Assembly: GCA_964016885.1 (NCBI GenBank)
Contig: OZ024740.1
Coordinates: forward strand, 374,232,001-374,296,000
Source of the DNA: Eledone cirrhosa
Lineage: Eukaryota
Reading direction: 5' to 3'
DNA: 64,000 nucleotides
The stretch's first letter is position 1, and each line of letters opens with the position of its first letter. The notes under the pieces were generated by a model. It made no database searches, had not been told where the DNA came from, and saw only the letters and a program-made list of their open reading frames with translations. The position numbers were made by a program, and so were the translations under genes. Of the stretch, positions 43,381 through 52,424 are shown in pieces.

Positions 43381-46349
43381 CTACAGGCTGATATAGAGTG
43401 AAGGACAATTCACTCGGGGCATTCTCGCCACTTTCACCCACCTTTCATAAAACTTGCTGGGGTACAGCACCTCTATCTCCATCCTGATTATTCTTCCAAA
43501 GTGGTATTTGAAAAAAAAGAATAAGTTGTTGGCCGGAGAGAAAGGTGTCTGATCTCAGCCCTTTCAACCTTGTCCAAGATACAACCTCTTTCGCCATAGC
43601 TATCACACAAAGGAAAACCGCCTCTCCTTCATTTTTGAAGGAGGGTGGCGGTTTGATCATGACAATGGACTCGGTGGTCAACCGGATTGGTCCCACCCGC
43701 GACAATAGTCGTTCTACATAGCCCCACAGTTCGGTGACGCCCGCGCAGTGTATGAATGCGTGCGCGACGGTTTCTTCGTCTCGCACGCACCTCAGACATA
43801 TCTTTTTTGCAGGGTCCCTGGCCGGGCGCCCAAGTCTGTAGAGTTTGTCCCGAACTGGTAGAGCTCATTGGTAGCACTGCCAGGCCAGCGACTTTTGGAA
43901 GTTGTCCATCGGTCCCGGGCGGAAGGTCCTACCGAACAGACTGGCCAGTTCATCTTCCTCTACGCCTAGAGTTTCACCGAGCGCGTCGTCGCACTTGGTG
44001 CGGATCAACCCTCTATAGAATGACGAAGTGGAAACTCCACTGATCGCCGGGTCCGCCTGCCAGAGGGCTATGAGCGTCTGAGCAAATTTGATGTGCCAGT
44101 TGCCCATTTTCCTCGGTCTTTGCTTGACCCAGGACTGCAGCTCGATCAGCGAGACGAATCGTGGGAAGGCTCGCCTCGCGAACGGGGCCCACACAGGTTG
44201 TCCGCTGAGGAATACGTAGAGATGCCGCAGCCTGAGCGCCTGTTTGCGCATCCTCAGCCACGGCAACCCCAGCCCTCCGTTGGAAGGATGTTGGCACTAG
44301 ATGGATCGTCTCACCAAAGGAGTCCGCCTCTTCCAAAGGAATTGGAAGAGCGCGCGCCCCATTTTGGTGAGCATTTTGGCTGGAAAAGTCACGACTGTTA
44401 AGCGGTAGTAGATGGCGGACGCTATAAAAGTGTTCGCCAGCTCCGCTCGACCTTTCAAGGATAGTTTGCTGTCGGCCCACTTCTGGGTGAGTGCAAACAC
44501 CTTGGCCGACACCTCGTTCCAGTTCTTCTCCACCTGGAGGTTTGGACCAAACCAGACCCTGACCAGTTTTACCGGTCCTTCCGTCCAGCGTCCGACGACG
44601 CCATCGGAAGGCATCGGTTTGCCTCTCCACGATCCGAGTTGCAAACCGATGGACTGTCCCGGTTCAACTTCGCTCCTGTGAAATTTTCGTATTCCTTCAG
44701 TAAGGTGCCGACTTCCTCAATTTGCGAGGCGCTCGACACCATTACTGTCATTTCGTCGCCGTAGGCCGACGCCGCTTTCCGCAGTCCCGGTTCCAGAGGG
44801 ATGCCCTGCAATAGCTCCAACTTCCGCAGTAGTCGCTCAAGAGTCAGTATGTACAGAAGGGAGGAGCGAGTACATCCCGGTCGAATGGATCGCGTGATAT
44901 GGAACGGCTCCGAGAGGTAGCCGTTCACCTTGACCCTTGTGCAGATGTTGCTGTTGCGCATTGCAGCAATCCAGCCCCTGAACAGAGGTCCGAAGCCTGC
45001 CGTCTCGAGCACCGCATCCAGGTAACGATGGTCAACCCTATCGAAAGCCTTCGACTGATCCAAGTTGATCAGGGCACCACCAAAGCCGGGTTTACACCTT
45101 ACCCTATCTATGATGTATCGCATGAGGTAGAGGTTGTCGTGTATGGACCTGGGGGGGATTGCGCATGTCTGCGCCTGACAACGTCAAGCACCAGCCCCTT
45201 TGTCAACAAATTGGCCAAAATATGTAACTCTGTGTTTAGCAGAGTTATGGGCCGGAAGTTGGCTATGTCATCTCCCTTATTCTCGTCCTTCCTGACTAGT
45301 GTAACTACGCCCCCGGTCACAGAACTGGGAATTCTCCCGTTCTGTTGCCAGTTGCAGTAGACCGCTTCCAGGAGACCGGAGAATAAGTCCGGCATTGCTA
45401 CGTAAAATTCGTAGGGTAGACCGTCGAGACCTGGAGATTTGCGTTTTCTGCATTGGCTTAGCGCGTTCCCTATCTCAGCCTGAAATCGGCCTTTCGCAGT
45501 ACTTTGTCTCGCTGTCTGAGAGTCGCGTAGGCCGTCGAGGTATGGACAAAATCCAAAGCCCCTCCCGGCGCGCCGCCCTGCCAGAACAGTTGAGCAAAGT
45601 GCCGCTGAAAGCCCGCACATATCTGCTTCTGCCCAGGTATCACGCGTCCGTGTTGGTCCTTCAAACACGGAATCGTGGACTTGTTGGTAACGAAAAGTTC
45701 AGCTTCCATTAGCCGTTTCTTTGTCTATGGGTTCTATCAAGGTTGGCCATGCAGGTCACTAGTTTCTGATTAGTCCACGTCCACAGTGGCACAGTCGGAA
45801 AATCTAGTCGATATCTCTCACCAGGTCAAATCGGTCGATTAACTGTTTGAGGCTGTTACACCCTCCCCCCTCTTTATCGGGACATGCTCTCACAGAGTCC
45901 CAACGTGCATCTAGGTTTCCATTCCAGTCCCCAGCTAAAAGCAAGGAGCGGGACGTTCCCAGAAAAGTCTATAGACGGTTGAAGAAGTCTGGCCACGGTG
46001 TCCAGGATGGGGCATATGCAGCCTCCAGCCTGAAGGATCCACCTTCACTACCGTCAACGTCTAGGACCACCAGTCGGCCCTCCGGGTCCAGAATGTACTG
46101 TCTGAGTTGCGAGGCCCAGGTGTTTTCGCAGCAAAACGGCAGCCCCGCCCCCACACCCGACCGACAGAGAGATGCGTAGATCTCAAAGTCATCGAAGATG
46201 GGTGATAGCTGTCGCTTGCTGTGGATCCTGGACTCGCAAATGGTTACTACATTCATATTGTGCGACCTGAGGTCGTTTAAGTGTTTGCCCTGTTTCCAGG
46301 GCATCCTCATGGCGCGTACGTTCACACATCCAACTCTTATATTGGCCAT
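43381..46349 (-). pseudogene. Tx1 copy A ORF2 (endonuclease-RT-CCHC), disrupted
   Basis: ORF pieces near-identical to copy B; catalytic motif reads YGDE; deletions near 45686 and 45770. Confidence 0.9.
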
Positions 46350-46385
46350 GTTGGTGCTGAAAAGTTAAAAGAGGAAAATAAATCA

Positions 46386-48293
46386 TTACCCTTCGCCTCC
46401 TGGGGACCAGGCTGCACGATTTCCATGGGGTTGTTGGAGGGGTCGTCTTGGCGGGCTGTGGTTTCCGGCGGGTGGGGATGGAGATGTTTGGTGGGTGGGA
46501 TCTGGTGGGATGGGGGTGTCTGGTGTGGGGAGATATTTGAGAAGGACGCGGTTAAGTGGTTTCACGCAGAAATTCTTCAGCTCCTTTGCAAATGTTTCTT
46601 TTAGGGACCTATAAGTTTGTATAGGGACCCTAATCAGTTTTAGTTTCATTTTTTTGTTATTTTTAATAGAGTGGGCGAGAGTTTTCCCTTCGGTTTTCAC
46701 CGAAGGGTTGTTCGTGATGATCTCCATAAGTGTTTTATTTTAAGTGTTTATGTAAGGGTAAGTGTAATGTTCTTGTGTTGTTTGTTTTTGTCTAGTTCTT
46801 GTGTGTGCATTCGTTTTGTTGTAGGTATTTTGTTTTCAGGAGGTGGGCTTTTGTTTGTAATGTTTTTGTTGTCTGTGTTGATGGTTGTATACTTGTGGTA
46901 GTGTTTGCTGTTTTTTCTGTTTCTGTGGTGTATTTTCTTTCTTTTCGAGGGATGGGGTTCGCCCTCGTCTTTACTGGGTGATGGCGAGATAGCCTCATCT
47001 GTTGAATCGTCTGTGTGATTGGGGAGGGGTATGTCTTGGGGAGCTGTTGTATATGTATGTGATTTTGCAGCGGTTTTAGGTGGAGTGGGGTTGGCTGGGA
47101 CTGTGTTTGTTGTGGTTATTTTTGTGTGTTGGTGTTGTTGTTTTCGTGGTGTTGGTGGTTGTGTCATTTTAACGGCTGTCGGCAGAAGTGTCATTTTTTG
47201 AGTCATTAATTTAGGACAGGAAGCCCTCAGGTGACCCTGCTAATGAAGTGGTAACATGAAGGCCGACTACCCTCAACCGAAAAGTTTATGTAGGTGAGTC
47301 CGTCCAGGAGTACACATTGTGGGATCATAGCTATTCTCTCTGGGCTCATTTGCACCAGAACTTCAACGCTAGTCCCATTGAATACATATCTGGGGGACTT
47401 TCCTACTGAAAGTATTTTATCTTCATCAAAATTGATAAAGCCGCACAGTATCCACCATATGTTTACCTTTGGTGTGACAGTCGTGATTCTAATCTTTTAT
47501 GTCCTTTTTCCCATGTATGAAGGGAAAAAGTTTATACAGGTTGGATACATTTTGCGACACAGAGTAATTTTAGGCTGTCAATTGATCCTTCATGAGTACC
47601 GAAATACTCACAAAGAGTTTGCTTCTTTGAATGAATGAAATATCATTCATTAAATTTTTGAAAACCAGTTCAATTTCTTCCTGTAACAATTGGACTCGTT
47701 TTCGGGTAGAATTGGAAACTGTCCTAAAAACTAAAGTTTTGAGAGTAGTTTCCTTGCGAATTTCTACCGGAGAATTGATGCTGAAAGCACCATTCTTTTC
47801 GAAAGTAACATATCTCCTAGCGTTCTTTAAAAGTTGTTCCGCATTTGTTATGTCGAGATATGTTAGTTCCTCCTTTTATGAAATGTCTGTGCAAAGGAGA
47901 TTTTCGGTTTCTTTGTGGAATTATCCATGTTGGTGGTGTTGTCATTATTGTTGTTATTGTTGTTGTTATTCTTGTTGTCACTGATGTTGATATTGTTCGT
48001 ATTTTCCTCTGTGTTGGTGTTGGTGTTGTTGTTGTTTTTGAAGCTGGTATAATTGATGTTGTCTTTATTTTTTCTTTGTTGTTGTTGTCATTGTTGTCAT
48101 TATAGGTGTTGCTGTTATTTTTGTTGTCATTGAAGTGTTTGGTGTCATTTGTGTTGTTTGGATATGAATTGGTTTTTACATTTTCATTTCGTCTTTCCAT
48201 CTCTATAGTATCTAGGGAAGACGACGATGTTGACTGCGAGCTCTGTAGTCTTACCGACTCTCCACCACCATTATCGTTGAACGCAGCGTTCAT
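46386..48293 (-). pseudogene. Tx1 copy A ORF1 (gag-like, CCHC knuckle), disrupted
   Basis: Pieces 47817-48293, 46748-47206 and 46386-46727. SVEGSRPSCYH..GHLRASCP knuckle at ~47215-47280. Collinear with ORF1 of copy C (FP.YMGKRT.KI.I). Confidence 0.78.
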
Positions 48294-48360
48294 AACTTAA
48301 TCAAACTTATAATTTTTTTTTTTTTTTAATTCTATGGAGAAAACAATAATCAAACGAATA

Positions 48361-48422
48361 TTTCGCCCCTGTAGGGGCGAAAATGAATTGACCCACCACC
48401 TGAAGGTCCAGACGGGGGGTCA
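48361..48422 (-). promoter_or_regulatory. Tandem hairpins in the Tx1 5' UTR (counterpart at 57793-57856)
   Basis: tttcgcccct-gt-aggggcgaaa and tgaccc...gggtca stems. Confidence 0.5.
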
Positions 48423-48779
48423 GGTTACACTATAATATAACATTTATCTGAAAACTCACGTTTATTTCTTACATAAATTAACGGAAAATTCTCCGAGAAG
48501 TTACACACGTCTGATAGAGAGATAGATAGATAGATAGATATATTTCTTTATTAGCCACAGGGGCACAAAAGAAGGGGACAAATACAAAGGGGGAAGTTTA
48601 CATACAATAAAAACGTGTAAAATGTTATCACAGATGGAATTTAAAAGTTAGTCGATTTTCCCCAATAGAGGGAGACAGTTTATATGGGTAACACATACCC
48701 ACGAAAAAAATATGCAACCCACATCTCCAGGAGTACGAATAGCTTGTACTCCTTTCCTCTCCTCCTCCTTTTCCTCAAC

Positions 48780-50780
48780 CTACAGGCTGATATAGAGAGA
48801 AGGCCCATTTACTCTGGCCATTCTCGCCACTTTCACCCACCTTTCATAAAACTTGCTGGGGTACAGCACCTCTCTCTCCATCCTGATTCTTCTTCCAAAG
48901 TGGTATTTAAAAAAAAGAATAAGTTGTTGGCCGGAGAGAAAGGTGTCTGACCTCAGCCCTTTCATCCTTGTCCACCATACAATCGCTTTCGCCATAGCTA
49001 TCACACAAAGGAAAACCGCCTCTCCTTCGTTTTTGAAGGAGGGTGGCGGTTTGATCATGACAATGGACTCGGTGGTCAACTGGATTGGTCCCACCCGCGA
49101 CAATAGTCGTTCTACATAGCCCCACAGGTCAGTGACGCCCGGGCAGTGTATGAATGCGTGCGCGACGGTTTCTTCGTCTCGCACGCACCTCGGACAGATC
49201 TTTTTTGCAGGGTCCCTGCCCGGGCGCCCATGTCTGTAGAGCTTGTCTCGAACTGGTAGAGCTCCTCGGTAGCACTGCCAGGCCAGGGACTTTTGGAAGT
49301 TGTCCATCGGTCCCGGGCGGAAGGTCATACCGAACAGACTGGCCAGTTCATCTTCCTCTACGCCTAGAGTTTCACCGAGCGCGTCGTCGCACTTGCTGCG
49401 GACCAACCCTCTATAGAATGATGAAGTGGAGTCTCCACTGATCGCCGGGTCCGCCTGCCAGGGGGCTGTGAGCGCCTGAGCACATTCGATGTGCCAGTCG
49501 CCCATTTTCCTCGGTCTCTGCTTGACCCAGGACTGCAGCTCGGTCAGCGAGACGAGTCGTGGGAAGGCTCGCCTCACGAACGGGGCCCACACCGGTTGTC
49601 CGGAGAAGAATACGTAGAGATGCCGCAGCCTGAGCGCGTGTTTGCGCATCGTCAACCACGGCATCCCCAGCCCTCCGTTAGAAGGGTGTTGGCAGCAGAT
49701 GGATCTTCTCACCAAAGGAGCCCGCCTCTTCCAAAGGAATCGGAAGAGCGCGCGCTCCATTTTGGCGAGCGTTTTGGCTGGACAAGGCACGACGGTCAAG
49801 CGGTAGTAGATGGCGGACGCTATAAAAGTGTTCGCCACCTCCGCTCGACCTTTCTGGGTGAGTGCAAACACCTTGGCCGTCACTTCGTTCCAGTTCTTCT
49901 CCACCTGGAGGTCCGGACCAAACCAGGCCCCGAGCAGCTTTACCGGTCCTTCCGTCCAGCGTCCGACGACGCCATCGGAAGGCATCGGTCTGCCTCTCCA
50001 CGATCCGAGTTGCAAACCGATGGACTTGTCCCGGTTCAGCTTCGCTCCTGTGAGACTTTCGTATTCCTTTAGTAAGGTGCCGACTTCCTCAATTTGCGAG
50101 GCGCTCGACACCATTACTGTCACGTCGTTCGCGTAGTCCGACGCCGCTTTCCGCAGTCCCGGTTCCAGAGGGATGCCCTGCAATAGCTCCAACTTCCGCA
50201 GTAGTGGCTCGAGAGTCAGTACGTACAGAAGGGAGGAAAGAGGGCATCCCTGTCGAATGGATCGCGTAATATGGAACGACTCCGAGAGGTAACCGTTCAC
50301 CTTGACCCTTGAGCAGATGTTGCTGTTGTGCATTGCAGCAATCCAGCCCCTGAACACGGGTCCGAAGCCTGCCGCCTCGAGCACCGCATCCAGGTAACGA
50401 TGGTCAACCCTATCGAAAGCCTTATACTGATCCAAGTTGATCAGGGCCCCACCGAACCCGGGTTTACACCCTACCCTCTCTATGATGTATCGCATGAGGT
50501 GCAGGTTGTCGTTTATGGACCTGGTCGGGATCGCGCATTTCTGCGCTTCTCCCACCAGGTTCTCGACGACAAGCGCCAGCCTCTTTGCCAACACCTTGGC
50601 CAAAATCTGTAACTCTCTGTCTAGCAGAGTTATGGGCCGGAAGTTGCCTATGTCATCCCCCTTATTCTCGTCCTTCCTGATTAGTGAGACCACGCCCCCG
50701 GTTACAGAACTGGGAATTCTCCCGTTCTGTTGCCAGTTGCAGTAGACCGCTTCCAGGAGACCGGAGAATAAGTCCGGCAT
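48780..50780 (-). CDS. Tx1 ORF2 C-terminal half: reverse transcriptase and CCHC finger
   Basis: 666 aa: NFRPITLL, LDQYKAFDRVDH, IRQGCPLS, YAND (YADD mutated), GGLGMP, CPRC..ETVAHAFIHC. A 9-codon deletion relative to copy A. Confidence 0.92.
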   Translation of the reverse strand: MPDLFSGLLEAVYCNWQQNGRIPSSVTGGVVSLIRKDENKGDDIGNFRPITLLDRELQILAKVLAKRLALVVENLVGEAQKCAIPTRSINDNLHLMRYIIERVGCKPGFGGALINLDQYKAFDRVDHRYLDAVLEAAGFGPVFRGWIAAMHNSNICSRVKVNGYLSESFHITRSIRQGCPLSSLLYVLTLEPLLRKLELLQGIPLEPGLRKAASDYANDVTVMVSSASQIEEVGTLLKEYESLTGAKLNRDKSIGLQLGSWRGRPMPSDGVVGRWTEGPVKLLGAWFGPDLQVEKNWNEVTAKVFALTQKGRAEVANTFIASAIYYRLTVVPCPAKTLAKMERALFRFLWKRRAPLVRRSICCQHPSNGGLGMPWLTMRKHALRLRHLYVFFSGQPVWAPFVRRAFPRLVSLTELQSWVKQRPRKMGDWHIECAQALTAPWQADPAISGDSTSSFYRGLVRSKCDDALGETLGVEEDELASLFGMTFRPGPMDNFQKSLAWQCYRGALPVRDKLYRHGRPGRDPAKKICPRCVRDEETVAHAFIHCPGVTDLWGYVERLLSRVGPIQLTTESIVMIKPPPSFKNEGEAVFLCVIAMAKAIVWWTRMKGLRSDTFLSGQQLILFFKYHFGRRIRMEREVLYPSKFYERWVKVARMARVNGPSLYISL

Positions 50781-50859
50781 TGCTACGTAAAATTCGTAGG
50801 GTAGACCGTCGAGACCTGGAGATTTGCGTTTGCCGCATTGGCTCAGCGCGTCCCCTATC

Positions 50860-52191
50860 TCAGTGGCTGAAATCGGCTTTTACGCAGAACTTCTCCTCGC
50901 TGTCCGAGAGTCGCGGTAGGCCGGCGAGGTATGGACCGAAATCCATAGCCTCTCCCGGCGCGCCGCTCCCCCTGAACAGCCGAGCAAAGTGCCGCTGAAA
51001 AGCCGCACACATCTGCTTCGGCTCACGTGTCACGCGTCCGTTTTGGTCCTTCAAAGACCGAATCGTGGACTTGTTGCCACTTTTTGCCTCCGTCACTCGG
51101 GCCCAGCTAACAGCTTTGGCTCCCTCGTTTCCCAGAGCACGTATTTTGCTTCTGACAACGCTGCCCTCGTGCTTTGCGTCGAAGAACTGGTCCAAGGCCG
51201 TTCTCGTTGCTAGCACGCTGGCTACGTTGCCACTTCTAATTGCCTCTTCTACTTTATCTACCAGTTCCTTCTCGGTTCTATTTCTATCTAACGCTAATTC
51301 TTTACTAAAAACTATCGAGTCTAATCTAGCTGCCCTCTTGAGAGAGTACCACCATCTGTTGTTGACAATGGCCCCTGTCAAGTGCTGTTTAACTAAAGTG
51401 CTAATCCGTCTACTGTAGGCTTTGCCAGTCGGTAACGACAAGTTCAGCTTCCAGTAGCCGGGTCCTTGTCTATGGGTTCTATCAAGGTTGGCCATGCAGG
51501 TCACTAGTTTGTGATCTGAATAGGCAACCATGAACATTTGTGGACAGCTTAACATGTCCGTATCCTTATTTCTAACTAGAACCCTATCTAGGTACGATCT
51601 AGATGTTCCGCTACGATTACTCCACGTCCACAGTGGCGCAGTCGGAAAATCTAGTCGATATCTATCGGCCAGGTCAAATCGGTCGATTAACTGTTTGAGG
51701 CTGTTACACCCCCCTTTATCGGGACATGCTCCCACATAGTCCCAACGTGCATCTAGGATTCCATTCCAGTCTCCCACTAAAAGCAAGGAGCGGGACGTTC
51801 CCAGAAAAGTCTCTAGACGTTTGAAGAAGTCTGGCCGCGGTGTCCCGGATGGGGCATATGCAGCCACCAGCCTGAACGCTCCACCTTCACTACCGTCAAC
51901 GTCTAGGACCACCAGTCGACTCTCCGGGTCCAGATGTACCGTCTGTGTTACGAGGCCCAGGTGTTTCCGCAGCAAAACGGCAACTCCGCCCCCACACCCC
52001 GGTTGACAGAGAGATGCGTAGATCTCAAAGTCCTCGAAGATGGGGGTCAGCTGTCGCTCGCCGTGGATCCTGGACTCGCAAATGGCTACCACATCCAAAC
52101 TGTGCGACCTGAGGTCGTTTAAGAGTTTGCCCTGTTTCCAGGGCATCCCCAGGCCGCGTACGTTCACACATCCAACTCTTATATTGGCCAT
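50860..52191 (-). CDS. Tx1 ORF2 N-terminal half: APE endonuclease and linker (frameshift at ~50865 joins it to the RT half)
   Basis: MANIRVGCVNVRG, ICES, GGGVAVL, AYAP, LVGDWN, WTW, SYLDR, SDH, GYWKLN. The true start is 52191, by comparison with copy A. Confidence 0.88.
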   Translation of the reverse strand: MANIRVGCVNVRGLGMPWKQGKLLNDLRSHSLDVVAICESRIHGERQLTPIFEDFEIYASLCQPGCGGGVAVLLRKHLGLVTQTVHLDPESRLVVLDVDGSEGGAFRLVAAYAPSGTPRPDFFKRLETFLGTSRSLLLVGDWNGILDARWDYVGACPDKGGCNSLKQLIDRFDLADRYRLDFPTAPLWTWSNRSGTSRSYLDRVLVRNKDTDMLSCPQMFMVAYSDHKLVTCMANLDRTHRQGPGYWKLNLSLPTGKAYSRRISTLVKQHLTGAIVNNRWWYSLKRAARLDSIVFSKELALDRNRTEKELVDKVEEAIRSGNVASVLATRTALDQFFDAKHEGSVVRSKIRALGNEGAKAVSWARVTEAKSGNKSTIRSLKDQNGRVTREPKQMCAAFQRHFARLFRGSGAPGEAMDFGPYLAGLPRLSDSEEKFCVKADFSH

Positions 52192-52424
52192 AGATAGATA
52201 GATAGATAGATAGATAGCTATCCTCAAGGCGCACAAGAAAAGGGGACAATACAAAGACATGCCGTGTAAAAAATATAAAAACAAACAATTACAACAATCG
52301 AAATCCCCAAGAGGGGGGAGGCGCCATAAATGGGTTGTTTAATACCCCGTCGATAGGACAACCCTCAACTCCAGGAGCGTGTTGTGCAAGTGCTCCTTTC
52401 TTCCTTTTGCTCTCTTCTTCAACA

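Larger units (their letters stand above)
43148..48512 (-). mobile_element. Tx1/L1-clade LINE copy A: both termini present, ORF1+ORF2, frameshifted, with internal deletions
   Basis: 5' UTR with hairpins; ORF1 with zinc knuckle; ORF2 MANIRVGCVNVR (APE), KSPGLDGLPYEFY, NFRPITLLN, LDQSKAFDRVDH and C-terminal C..ETVAHAFIHC; 3' end aataaagaaa with no poly(A). Confidence 0.93.
48543..52191 (-). mobile_element. Tx1-clade LINE copy B: ORF2 + 3' UTR only, starting exactly at the ORF2 ATG
   Basis: (TATC)n abuts ATGGCCAATATAAGAG at 52191; the 3' end aataaagaaa abuts (TATC)n at 48543. Same subfamily as copy A. Confidence 0.93.

Noticed and set aside
52192-52284. Hydrophobic N-terminal extension of the 474-aa ORF resembling a signal peptide
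   Set aside because: It is the 3' end of copy C plus the GATA spacer; the real start is the ATG at 52191.
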